Below are positions 9,511-18,662 of a stretch of DNA of 64,000 bases, in pieces (within the stretch, counting starts at the first letter, position 1; each line of letters starts with the position of its first letter). Origin of the DNA: an uncultured Clostridia bacterium (GTDB taxonomy: Bacteria; Bacillota; Clostridia; Christensenellales; UBA1242). The translations under genes were made by a program, and so were the position numbers. Location of the stretch: NCBI GenBank assembly GCA_934747765.1, contig CAKVGZ010000003.1, positions 64,225 through 128,224 of the forward strand, given 5' to 3'. The notes beneath the pieces are model-generated. The model saw only the letters and a program-made list of their open reading frames with translations. It was not told the origin of the DNA and did not search any database.

Positions 9511-9870
9511 ATGCTAGACAGAAAAGAAAAATTGGTTATGGGATATATCTTTGACAATTGCGAAAGCGGAAAAACAAGACTTTTCCCTTCGCAGGAGTTG
9601 ATTGATTTTCTCGTGCAAAAAAAGAACGTCATTTCCACAAGTGAACTTGACGAAATTATGATTTCTTTGTCTAAAGAAGGATTAATCGATTTTGTTTCTA
9701 GCGACAGCAAAAATGGGGCGGTGTATTGTGTGAGTTTGAAAAACAAAGGACTTCTTTTCAAAAAAGACCTTCAAAAAGAAAAGCGCCATGCTTCATGGGT
9801 GATTCTTCGAACTGCGCTTCTTGCAATTTTCAGTTTTGTTATTGGGCTTTTGCTTAGAGCAATTTTTTAA
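9511..9870 (+). CDS. small membrane-anchored protein with a winged-helix-like N-terminus; hypothetical
   Basis: 119 aa with a C-terminal TM helix (ILRTALLAIFSFVIGLLL). Confidence 0.3.
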   Translation: MLDRKEKLVMGYIFDNCESGKTRLFPSQELIDFLVQKKNVISTSELDEIMISLSKEGLIDFVSSDSKNGAVYCVSLKNKGLLFKKDLQKEKRHASWVILRTALLAIFSFVIGLLLRAIF

Positions 9871-9934
9871 ATCAACTGATTTTCAGTTGATTTTTTTTTA
9901 TTAAAAGGTTATATTTATATTGAAGCGAGGGAAA

Positions 9935-10579
9935 ATGATTCTCATTAAAAATTTATGTTTAAAATTCACAAAAGAATTCTATGCACTTTATGACGTTAAT
10001 CTTGAAATAAAAAAGGGCGAATCTGTTTCGTTTTTGGGAGAAGACCACAGCGGGAAAACAACTCTCTTGCGTGTTCTTTGCAAACTTGAAAATGATTATT
10101 CGGGCGAGGTTTATTTAAAAAACATTCCATTAAAAAAAGTGGATTTTTCTGCGGACATTGACATGGGATACATTCCTGCAACTCCAATTTTTCTTGAGAA
10201 AAAAACTGTATATCAAAACTTGCAACACATCTTGAAAGTGAGAAAAATTTCAAAACGCGAATGTGAAGACAAAATCAATAATCTCTTAATTGATTTCAAC
10301 CTTGAAAAATATCGCGATGAAAAAGTAAAGAATTTGACTCTTTACGAAAAGTACATGCTTTCGTTTGCGCGTTTGTCCCTTCGCAATGTTGAGCTTGTTT
10401 TGATAGATAACATTTTTGAAAATCTTTCCCAAGAAGAATATGAAAAAATTTCGGCAACAATAAAAAAACAATTTCTTCAAAATAAGACAACAACCATCGT
10501 TGCAACAACCTCTTCTTCCATTGCAAAAGACTTGACAAAACGCATAATTAAGTTTAAACTTGGCTCAATAGAAGAATAG
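9935..10579 (+). CDS. degenerate ABC-type ATPase-like protein, probably non-catalytic
   Basis: Walker A (GEDHSGKTT) is present. Walker B reads LVLIDN, with N replacing the catalytic E. There is no LSGGQ signature and no H-loop His. The start at 9935 is chosen by its RBS (GAGGGAAA). Confidence 0.5.
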   Translation: MILIKNLCLKFTKEFYALYDVNLEIKKGESVSFLGEDHSGKTTLLRVLCKLENDYSGEVYLKNIPLKKVDFSADIDMGYIPATPIFLEKKTVYQNLQHILKVRKISKRECEDKINNLLIDFNLEKYRDEKVKNLTLYEKYMLSFARLSLRNVELVLIDNIFENLSQEEYEKISATIKKQFLQNKTTTIVATTSSSIAKDLTKRIIKFKLGSIEE

Positions 10580-10612
10580 CAAAAGATGACACACTGAACT
10601 TGGAGAGCAAAA

Positions 10613-10960
10613 ATGAAAACAAAAACCGCTGTTTTTTCAAATCTTTGTAATAGAGAATTATTTATGCCAGAAAATGTTGTGGGGCAAAAATTGAAAATCC
10701 CTGCATACAAAAGAATTTTTAAGGATGAAAATTTGATAAAAATTCTTGAAAATGAGTCAATTAATCAAACCGTTGACGCATTCATAAAAAATGGTCTTAA
10801 TCTTTCTCTTGCATCGGCAAATTCCTATCTGCATAGGAACACGCTTATTTATAGAATTGAAAAAGTTAACAAAATGATTGGACTTGATTTGAAAAAATTC
10901 GAAGATTGCATGATTTATGTTAATATGCGACAAATTTATTCTATGGTGGTAAAAAAATAA
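10613..10960 (+). CDS. small PucR/CdaR-type HTH (HTH_30) protein
   Basis: C-terminal motif SYLHRNTLIYRIEKVNKMIGLDLKKFED matches the PucR C-terminal HTH. Confidence 0.45.
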   Translation: MKTKTAVFSNLCNRELFMPENVVGQKLKIPAYKRIFKDENLIKILENESINQTVDAFIKNGLNLSLASANSYLHRNTLIYRIEKVNKMIGLDLKKFEDCMIYVNMRQIYSMVVKK

Positions 10961-10961
10961 C

Positions 10962-11900
10962 ATGATGTTTAAGAATTCAACTAAATTATTAGTTGCCAAC
11001 TTCTCGATTGTTTGGAAGTTGATTCTTTATTATATCATTGTTTTTGGAATCACAATTGGCCTCATCGCTCCTTTCTTCACTCAAATTGGTGAAGCTTTTA
11101 ATGGAGCAGGGCTTTTGGATGAAATTGGATCTTTGCTAACAAATTTTAATGTTTCGGTCAATCCTTTCAAATTGGTCGTTAATCTTAATGATGCGTTCAC
11201 AAACATCTTCAGCTTGTTGCTAGGATTTTTGAAATCTAACACTGTTGTAGCGCTTTATGTTTGCTTTGTTGCTTTATATTTGTTCCCATTCCTTTTAAGT
11301 CTTGCCGATTTGCCAGTTGGTCAAGTTCTTTTTGGCTACATGTCTAGTCTAACAAAATATTCTTTCACAGGCTCATATCTCAAATATCTTTCACGTTCTG
11401 TTAGATATCAACTTTTGAAACAACTTCTTTTGTTGCCTTTCAACATTTTGATTGTTCTTGCATTTGTCTATGCTTTGCGCCTTGTGACGCTCGCTTCATG
11501 GATGATATATATCATGCCTCTTATTCTTGTGACCATAATTGTCACATTGAGCGGACTTAAGAAGACCATTTTTTCTGGATGGACACCAGCAATTGTTGTT
11601 TATGATTGCAACATGTTCAAAGGATTTAAAAAAGGGATTAAAGCAGTTTCAAGAAGATTTTTGAAAGTCTTTTCAACTTCACTTATGATAATGTTAATTG
11701 GCATTGCTGTGACATATTTGTTTGGGACTTTCGTGTTCCCAATAATTTTCCCATTCTTTGCATCATTCTTCTATGTTTTTGAAATGGTCATGTTCTATGG
11801 AAGCCAAGGAATGAGATATTATGTTGACTTGGACACAATACTTTCTCCAAAACGACTTGAAGAAAATGACCCATATAAAAAAGTTAGATATATAATTTAA
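10962..11900 (+). CDS. polytopic membrane protein; hypothetical
   Basis: 312 aa with at least 6 hydrophobic helices. Confidence 0.4.
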   Translation: MMFKNSTKLLVANFSIVWKLILYYIIVFGITIGLIAPFFTQIGEAFNGAGLLDEIGSLLTNFNVSVNPFKLVVNLNDAFTNIFSLLLGFLKSNTVVALYVCFVALYLFPFLLSLADLPVGQVLFGYMSSLTKYSFTGSYLKYLSRSVRYQLLKQLLLLPFNILIVLAFVYALRLVTLASWMIYIMPLILVTIIVTLSGLKKTIFSGWTPAIVVYDCNMFKGFKKGIKAVSRRFLKVFSTSLMIMLIGIAVTYLFGTFVFPIIFPFFASFFYVFEMVMFYGSQGMRYYVDLDTILSPKRLEENDPYKKVRYII

Positions 11901-11956
11901 TAAATTTGTTATTAAACAACTTTGTGTTGTTAAAAATATAAAAAGGAAAAAATAAA

Positions 11957-13813
11957 ATGAACGAAAATGAAAATTTATTGCATCAAGAAGGTGCAAATTC
12001 TGAAGTTGTGCCTTCAGAAATTAAGCACGAAAAAAAGCACATAAAACAATTTGCAATTCGCAAAAAACCTACAAAAAGTGCACCTCAAAATGCAACTGAA
12101 AGCCAGCAAAACTCGAATGAATTGAGCGAAACAAAAATTGTTAAATCCTCACAACCAAAATCCAAAAAATCTTTGAAGGTAACTTTCCTTGGCGGAGTTG
12201 GAGAAATTGGAAAAAACATGACCGCAATTGAATACGACAATGAAATAATTGTTATTGATGGCGGACTTTCTTTTCCAACTGGCGAATTCCCTGGGATTGA
12301 CCTTGTTGTGCCTGACATTTCATATTTGCTTGCTAACAAATCAAAGGTTAAAGCAATTGTTTTGACTCACGGACATGAAGACCACATCGGCGGGCTTCCA
12401 TATATTTTGAATGAACTCAAAGTTCCAGTTTATGGCTCTGCAATGACTCTTGCACTTCTCGACAACAAAATGCAAGAACATAGGCTTGAATATAGGGGAA
12501 TTAGGGTTAAACCAAAAAATCTTTTGAAATTGGGCAATTTCCAAATTGAGTTTATCAACGTGAGCCATTCAATCGCTGGCGCTCTTGCGCTTGCAATCAC
12601 AACTCCAGTTGGAACTCTTGTTCACACCGGCGACCTTAAAATTGATTTCACTCCAGTTGACGGAGTTATAACGGATCTGACAAGATTTGGCGAACTTGGA
12701 AAAAAAGGTGTTAAACTTCTTCTTTGCGAAAGCACCAATGTTTGCAGAAAAGGCTATTCCATGAGTGAAGCAAAAGTTGGACAAACTTTGGAACAATTGT
12801 TTGAAAAATTTGTTGGGAAAAGACTTTTTGTTGCAACATTTGCATCCAATGTTCACAGACTGCAACAACTTCTTCGCCTTGCCGAAAAATTTAAACGTAA
12901 GGTGATATTTGCGGGAAGAAGCATGGTGAATGTCACAGAAGCGGCAGCAAAAATTGGTGAAATTTCCTATAACAAAGAAAATATCGTTGAGATGGACAAA
13001 ATTGACAAGTTTGCTGACGGAGAAATCTTGGTGCTTTGCACTGGAAGTCAAGGCGAACCTTTGAGCGCTCTTACTAGAATGGCGCATGGAGAATTTCCAA
13101 AAGTGAAACTTGGCGAAGGAGATGTTATTATTTTCTCTGCGTCACCAATTCCTGGAAATGAAAAAGCAGTTTATGGTGTTATAAACGAATTGTTCAAAAA
13201 AGGCGCAGATGTCATCTATGACGAACTTGCCGACGTTCATGCTTCTGGCCACGCTTGTCAAGAAGAACTTAAAACAATTCATGCATTAACAAACCCAAGA
13301 TTTTTCATTCCTGTACACGGGGAATATCGTCATCTCAAACAACACAAAGAACTTGCAATGGCAATGGGCATGAATGCAAGAGATATCATTTTGCCTGAAC
13401 TTGGAATGCAAGTTGAAGTTGGCGAAAATTTCATCCGTCAGGCTGGATATGTTTCGGCGGGAATACGCCTTGTTGATGGATATGGGCTTGGCGACCTTGG
13501 AAGTTCTGTTTTGAAAGAAAGAAAACAACTTTCTGAAGAAGGTTTCTGTGTTGCTGTTATAAATATGAGTTCGCTTTCGGGTGAAGCAGGATTTGAACCT
13601 TTCATAATCACTCGTGGGGTGGTTTATGAAAAAGAGTCCGAGGCGTTCACTCAAGATGCAAGAGCAGTCATTTCGAAGGCTTTGAAAGAACAAGACTTAA
13701 GAGCGTTTGACCCAAATGAAATTAAAGCAAACATAAAAAAAGTTCTTTCGAACTTTATCTACAAACGCACAAAAAGAAGACCAATGATTATCGCAATTTT
13801 GCTTATGGCTTAA
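11957..13813 (+). CDS. rnjA: ribonuclease J (metallo-beta-lactamase/beta-CASP RNase) with an ~65-aa low-complexity N-terminal extension
   Basis: LGGVGEIGKNM, HxHxDH (LTHGHEDHIGGL), a beta-CASP domain and the RNase J C-terminal domain. Confidence 0.9.
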   Translation: MNENENLLHQEGANSEVVPSEIKHEKKHIKQFAIRKKPTKSAPQNATESQQNSNELSETKIVKSSQPKSKKSLKVTFLGGVGEIGKNMTAIEYDNEIIVIDGGLSFPTGEFPGIDLVVPDISYLLANKSKVKAIVLTHGHEDHIGGLPYILNELKVPVYGSAMTLALLDNKMQEHRLEYRGIRVKPKNLLKLGNFQIEFINVSHSIAGALALAITTPVGTLVHTGDLKIDFTPVDGVITDLTRFGELGKKGVKLLLCESTNVCRKGYSMSEAKVGQTLEQLFEKFVGKRLFVATFASNVHRLQQLLRLAEKFKRKVIFAGRSMVNVTEAAAKIGEISYNKENIVEMDKIDKFADGEILVLCTGSQGEPLSALTRMAHGEFPKVKLGEGDVIIFSASPIPGNEKAVYGVINELFKKGADVIYDELADVHASGHACQEELKTIHALTNPRFFIPVHGEYRHLKQHKELAMAMGMNARDIILPELGMQVEVGENFIRQAGYVSAGIRLVDGYGLGDLGSSVLKERKQLSEEGFCVAVINMSSLSGEAGFEPFIITRGVVYEKESEAFTQDARAVISKALKEQDLRAFDPNEIKANIKKVLSNFIYKRTKRRPMIIAILLMA

Positions 13814-14109
13814 TTCCCAATTTGTTTGTTTTGGGCGCGGAAATCGTATGTTGAAGTCACGGGATTGTTAACTCCATAAAGTTCAACCAAAATTGTGTCT
13901 TCGCCAATTTTACAAACTTGAGAAAAAGGAATAAAAAGGTCATTTCCACCTTTTAAAAATCCAAAGATTGATTTGTTCCCCGGAACAACAATTCCACTGA
14001 TTTGCCCAGTTGCAAGCGTGATGACAATGTCGACAATGTGCCCGAGGCGCGTTCCGTCGACAATGTTAACAACTTCTTTGCAACGTAAATCTAAAAATGA
14101 GGATTCCAA
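13810..14109 (-). CDS. PRC-barrel protein of the YlmC/YmxH sporulation family
   Basis: 99 aa with the motif VVNIVDGTRLGHIVDIVI...GQISGIVVPG. Confidence 0.55.
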   Translation of the reverse strand: MESSFLDLRCKEVVNIVDGTRLGHIVDIVITLATGQISGIVVPGNKSIFGFLKGGNDLFIPFSQVCKIGEDTILVELYGVNNPVTSTYDFRAQNKQIGN

Positions 14110-14171
14110 ATTATCTTCCTTTTACAAATTATATATGCAACAAAAGTTTAAAAAATCACAAAATCTGACAA

Positions 14172-14205
14172 AAAACTCCAAACTTTCATTTGGAGTTTTA
14201 TTTTT
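14172..14205 (-). terminator. intrinsic terminator downstream of nrdR (hairpin AACTCCAAA/TTTGGAGTT flanked by T-runs on both strands)
   Basis: Read directly from the sequence. Confidence 0.55.
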
Positions 14206-14653
14206 ATAATGTTTGCAAAAAACTAATCAAATTTGACACATCTTCAAATTTTCTATAAACGCAAGCAAATCTGATGTAGGCAATTTCGTCAACTTCTTTC
14301 AATTTTTCCATTATCATTTCGCCAATTTGGCTTGATTTCACTTCTTGATTTAGTGAATTTGAAAGTGTTTTTTCAATGTCCGAAACAATTTCTTCAATTT
14401 GCCCCAAACTGACAGGTCGTTTTTCGCATGCCTTTATTATGCCTTTTTTAACTTTCTCTTTGTCAAAAGTTTGTCTGCTTCCATCATTTTTTATCACAAG
14501 AATTGGAGTTGTTTCAACAGTTTCATAAGTTGTAAATCTCTTTCCACAATTCAAGCATTCACGGCGACGTCTTATCGAATTTGATTCGTCTGTTGCTCTT
14601 GAATCGATAACTTTGCTGTCAAAATATCCACAATATATGCATTTCATTTCCAC
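14204..14653 (-). CDS. nrdR: transcriptional repressor NrdR
   Basis: N-terminal zinc ribbon (CIYCG...CLNCGKRF) plus an ATP-cone domain. 149 aa. Confidence 0.9.
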   Translation of the reverse strand: MEMKCIYCGYFDSKVIDSRATDESNSIRRRRECLNCGKRFTTYETVETTPILVIKNDGSRQTFDKEKVKKGIIKACEKRPVSLGQIEEIVSDIEKTLSNSLNQEVKSSQIGEMIMEKLKEVDEIAYIRFACVYRKFEDVSNLISFLQTL

Positions 14654-14756
14654 ACCTCTTCCAATATTTAGATATAATTTACCACAATATAAACCTTTTT
14701 ACAAGTTTTTTTTATAAATTTTCATTTTATTTTTTTATTGTCATAAATTTAATATT

Positions 14757-14993
14757 ATGAACGATAAAACTCTTAACAATTGCCTGAAAGACCACGATTA
14801 TTTCATAACAGGAATTTCCTTGGAAAACAAAAATGTGGCAAGAAGACTGAGCGAACTTGGATTTTATCAAGGCGCAAGTTTTAGGGTGATTGGAATTTCT
14901 GCACTTAAAAAAACTTTTTTGATTCAAATTGGTGGCTACACCTTGTCGCTTAGGGCAAGTGTTGGTCAGCTTGTTTCTGTGAGGGAAAAATGA
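14757..14993 (+). CDS. feoA: ferrous iron transport protein A
   Basis: 78 aa with an SH3-like FeoA motif. It overlaps the feoB start by 4 nt. Confidence 0.7.
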   Translation: MNDKTLNNCLKDHDYFITGISLENKNVARRLSELGFYQGASFRVIGISALKKTFLIQIGGYTLSLRASVGQLVSVREK

Positions 14994-17059
14994 ATATTAG
15001 AAAGATTGAACCATTCAAAATTTTTAAGTCTAATTCAAAAAGGGTGAAATCTCTTGATGCAAAGACCAAATTTTTGCTTGTTGGCAATCCAAACACAGGC
15101 AAGACAACACTTTTCAATTCTTTAACAAAATCCAACGAACATGTTGGAAATTGGCATGGAGTTACTGTTAGCGAAAAAGAAAAAGTTTTTGATATTGAAG
15201 GCAAGGAATGTGTGCTTGTTGACTTGCCTGGGTTGTATTCCTTAACTCCGCTTAGTTTTGAAGAAGAAGTTGCAAGTGAATATATTTTTGGCAATCCGTC
15301 TTGCCCGGTGATAAACATTTGTGATATAAACAATTTAAGACGAAATTTGTTTTTGACATTGCAACTTAAAAAAATTGCTAACGATTTTTTGCTTTTTGTT
15401 AACACTTTCAAAAGTTCAAAAAAAGATAAAGTTTTGAAAGAAAAAATTGATGAAGCGGAAAAAGTGCTTAAAAAACTTGGAGTCAAGTTTTTTATTGGTG
15501 ATGCATCAAACAAAAAGGATATCAAAAAATTTAAAATCCAACTTTCAAAAACTGCTTTTGAAGAAAAATCTGTTGGGTCTGTTAAAAACGAGTTTTCTAA
15601 AAATCGTGAAGATTTTTTGGAAGTTAATGGAAAAGCATTCAAAGAAATTTCGAAATTATTTGAAGATAAAATTGAAACAAAAAAAGTTTATGGAACTTCA
15701 AAACTAGACAAAATTTTATTGAACAAGTATCTTGCGCTTCCGGTGTTTTTTTGCATACTTTTTTTGATTTTTTATTTGACCTTTTTCTCGCTTGGAGCAT
15801 GTCTTTCAAACCTGATGAGGGAACTTATTCAGGATGTGATTGGAAGCAAAATTGTTGGACTTGTTAAAGGTGCAACAAACGTTGCGTGGGTGATTGACCT
15901 TGTTGAAACTGGAATTATTGGCGGAGTGGGGAGTGTGCTTGCTTTTCTTCCGCAAGTTATTTTGTTGTTTTTCTTTTTGTCACTTATTGAAGACAGTGGA
16001 TATTTGGCACGAGTTGCTTTCTTGTTCGAAGACATTTTTTCCAAAGTTGGATTGAGCGGGAAAAGTGTTTACACTCTTTTGATGGGTTTTGGTTGTTCAA
16101 CAACTGCTGCATTAACTGCGCGAAACATGGAAGACAAAAATGCAAAAATAAAAACAGCACTTTTAACACCCTATATGAGTTGCTCGGCAAAACTGCCAAT
16201 ATATGCCGTGATTGGAGGAGCATTTTTTGGCGCAAGCAACATCTTCATAATTTTTGGACTGTATATGCTTGGAGTTTTGGTGGCTGTTCTTCTCAGCAGT
16301 GTGCTTGAACAAAAAGTTTTGAAAAGCAAATCGCAATCTTTTATCCTTGAATTTCCCGCCTACAGAATTCCTTCTATGAAACGTGTCTTTAACATTCTTT
16401 GGGAAAACGTTAAATTGTTTTTGATTAGAATTGGAACAATCATTTTTGCACTTAACATTGTTGTGTGGGTTTTGCAAAGTTTTTCTTTCACATTCAAGTT
16501 TGTTCAGACAGATGGTGGAACAAGCATGCTTGCATCAATTGGGTCTTTTCTTGCACCTGTTTTTGTGCCACTTGGATTTGGAAATTGGGGAGCAGTTTCG
16601 GCACTTGTTGCTGGGCTTGTTGCAAAAGAAGTTATTGTCAGTTCAATTGCCATGTTCAATGGGGTTAACGTGTCGGGCGACAGTTTGAAATCTCAAACTA
16701 TGCGGTCCATTCTCGACCCACTTGCAGTTGTTTCGTTCACTCCTGCAAGCGCTTTATCTTTCATGATTTTCTGTCTTCTCTATTCGCCATGTTTAGCAAC
16801 AATTTCGGTCTTTAAAAAAGAAATTGGAACTAGATGGACGGTCATTTCAATTGTGGTACAACTTATGATTGCATATCTAATTTCGTTTTTTGTGTTCAAT
16901 TTGTACAAACTTATCGAACTGATTGGCGTGGGAAATGGAATTGCGGTTTTGATTGCAATTGTTGCAATTTCAATTTCAGTGATTGCACTTATTGGGAGAT
17001 TAAAAAAGAAAAGAAAATGCAATGGATGTTGTGGAAATTGCGAAAAATGCCAAAAATAA
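14990..17059 (+). CDS. feoB: ferrous iron transporter FeoB with a Cys-rich C-terminal tail
   Basis: G-domain (GNPNTGKTTLFN), a gate/permease region with many TM helices, and the tail KKKRKCNGCCGNCEKCQK. Confidence 0.9.
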   Translation: MNIRKIEPFKIFKSNSKRVKSLDAKTKFLLVGNPNTGKTTLFNSLTKSNEHVGNWHGVTVSEKEKVFDIEGKECVLVDLPGLYSLTPLSFEEEVASEYIFGNPSCPVINICDINNLRRNLFLTLQLKKIANDFLLFVNTFKSSKKDKVLKEKIDEAEKVLKKLGVKFFIGDASNKKDIKKFKIQLSKTAFEEKSVGSVKNEFSKNREDFLEVNGKAFKEISKLFEDKIETKKVYGTSKLDKILLNKYLALPVFFCILFLIFYLTFFSLGACLSNLMRELIQDVIGSKIVGLVKGATNVAWVIDLVETGIIGGVGSVLAFLPQVILLFFFLSLIEDSGYLARVAFLFEDIFSKVGLSGKSVYTLLMGFGCSTTAALTARNMEDKNAKIKTALLTPYMSCSAKLPIYAVIGGAFFGASNIFIIFGLYMLGVLVAVLLSSVLEQKVLKSKSQSFILEFPAYRIPSMKRVFNILWENVKLFLIRIGTIIFALNIVVWVLQSFSFTFKFVQTDGGTSMLASIGSFLAPVFVPLGFGNWGAVSALVAGLVAKEVIVSSIAMFNGVNVSGDSLKSQTMRSILDPLAVVSFTPASALSFMIFCLLYSPCLATISVFKKEIGTRWTVISIVVQLMIAYLISFFVFNLYKLIELIGVGNGIAVLIAIVAISISVIALIGRLKKKRKCNGCCGNCEKCQK

Positions 17060-17135
17060 ACACTTTTTGTTTCGTTAATTAATTGTTTTATGATATAAAT
17101 TACTTAATTAGAAATAATAACATAGGAGAAAACTT

Positions 17136-18434
17136 ATGTCGATTTTTAAGAATAGCAAATTTTTGTGCATTGTTTTGTTTGTTGTTCCAATTTTTGTTCT
17201 TGCCCTTGCAATCGGATTAACAGTTGGGCTGGGGAATGCAAACAAAAAAACAATTAGTTTTGAAACAAGTGAAAATGGGGGAATTTATATTGTTGGAAAC
17301 GTGGCAACGAAAAATTCTGACGGAACTTATTCGATAAAGAAATATTCAGATTTTGAGATTGTTGTGGTGCCAAAAAACGGTTACAAAATTTCCAAAATTT
17401 TTGTTAATGAAAAGGAAATTGAAGTTTCAACTGCCGATGGTGACAGGCAATATGTTCAAATCGACCGTCTTTCAGACGACCTGAAAGTGAGTGCGCAATA
17501 TGAACTTAGGTCTTATGAAATTTCGACTTCTGCTGGAGAAAATGGAACAATAACAGAAACATTCCACGCCAAGTTTGGCGAAACAAAAACTGTTTTGGTA
17601 ACCCCAAATTCAAATTACAAAATTTCAAAGATAACAGTTGATGGGCAAGACGTTGAGGTGACGGCAGGTGACGGCGAAAGTCAAATTGTTACGTTAGAAA
17701 ATATTTCAAGCAAACATAACATTTCTGCTTCGTTTAGTCCAATTGAATTTGAAATTGCAAATAATGTGATAAATCCAGAAGGTGGGGTTGTTGATGTCCA
17801 AACAAAAAGTGCGTTTGGCGAACAAGTTTTGGTGATAGTTTCAAAGAATGCTGGCTATAACATCAAATCAGTTGTTGTTAAAGCAAATGGCATAACAGTT
17901 CCTGTTTCATCGCAAACAGAACTCTCGGGAATTTACGTTTTCACAATGCCAGCGGGAAATGTTGTGGTTGAAGTTGAATTTGAAAAAATCCAATATTCAA
18001 TTCAAAAAGAAACAGAAGAATCAACATATTCTGTTTCAAAAACAACAGGTGTTGTTGGAGAAGAGATAACAATAACAACAAGTCCTCAAGAGGGTTACAT
18101 GGTTGACCAAATTGTGGTTAAAAGTGGAGAATTGGCAATTGTTGTTGCCGAAGGCAAGTTCATTATGCCAGCGGGAAATGTGACCGTTAAGGTGACCTTT
18201 AAAAAGATAGATTATTCAATTTCTAAAGTTGAAGCGGAAAACGGAACATTCAGCGTTCCAACAACTGCTCAAATAAACGATGTTGTTGAAATCATCATTA
18301 ACCCAAGTGCAGGATTTGTTCTTGGAACAATTTCTGTTAAAAAGGGCGACGAAACAATTGCTGTTTCTGCGGAGAACAAGTTTATTATGCCGGCAGGAGA
18401 TGTTCAAGTCACAGTCACATTTGTTGCTGAATAG
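17136..18434 (+). CDS. membrane-anchored surface protein with 4-5 tandem ~85-aa beta-rich repeats (Listeria-Bacteroides/InlB B-repeat-like)
   Basis: N-terminal TM helix. Repeats end in F(I/T)MPAGNV.V.V.F, with GY.I...VV motifs. Confidence 0.4.
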   Translation: MSIFKNSKFLCIVLFVVPIFVLALAIGLTVGLGNANKKTISFETSENGGIYIVGNVATKNSDGTYSIKKYSDFEIVVVPKNGYKISKIFVNEKEIEVSTADGDRQYVQIDRLSDDLKVSAQYELRSYEISTSAGENGTITETFHAKFGETKTVLVTPNSNYKISKITVDGQDVEVTAGDGESQIVTLENISSKHNISASFSPIEFEIANNVINPEGGVVDVQTKSAFGEQVLVIVSKNAGYNIKSVVVKANGITVPVSSQTELSGIYVFTMPAGNVVVEVEFEKIQYSIQKETEESTYSVSKTTGVVGEEITITTSPQEGYMVDQIVVKSGELAIVVAEGKFIMPAGNVTVKVTFKKIDYSISKVEAENGTFSVPTTAQINDVVEIIINPSAGFVLGTISVKKGDETIAVSAENKFIMPAGDVQVTVTFVAE

Positions 18435-18487
18435 ATATTGACAAATAGTTATTTTTTGTTTATAATAATGAAAAAAGGAGATATGTT

Positions 18488-18649
18488 ATGTACAAAAACG
18501 GAAAACCAGTTGAAAATAAAAAAAGCAAAATTGACCCAAACACTTTTTTGCCAATTGAAGAAAAGAAAGAAGTTGGTGTTAAATCGGACAGAAGAAAAAT
18601 TGGAAAAGAAAAATTGACAAAACAAGAACAAAGAGAATTAGATTTTTAA
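18488..18649 (+). CDS. small basic protein (53 aa); hypothetical. Below the ORF-track size cutoff.
   Basis: AAAGGAG RBS about 8 nt upstream of the ATG. Translates as MYKNGKPVENKKSKIDPNTFLPIEEKKEVGVKSDRRKIGKEKLTKQEQRELDF. Confidence 0.25.
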   Translation: MYKNGKPVENKKSKIDPNTFLPIEEKKEVGVKSDRRKIGKEKLTKQEQRELDF

Positions 18650-18662
18650 TGTTGGGTGAAAA

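Noticed and set aside
6296-9870. An intact prophage
   Set aside because: Only a regulator and terL are present. There are no integrase, terS, portal, capsid, tail or lysis genes, and the flanks are core genes.
13810-13813. 4-nt overlap of the convergent rnjA and ylmC-like gene stops as a possible annotation error
   Set aside because: Convergent stop-codon overlaps are common, and both ORFs have strong family signatures.
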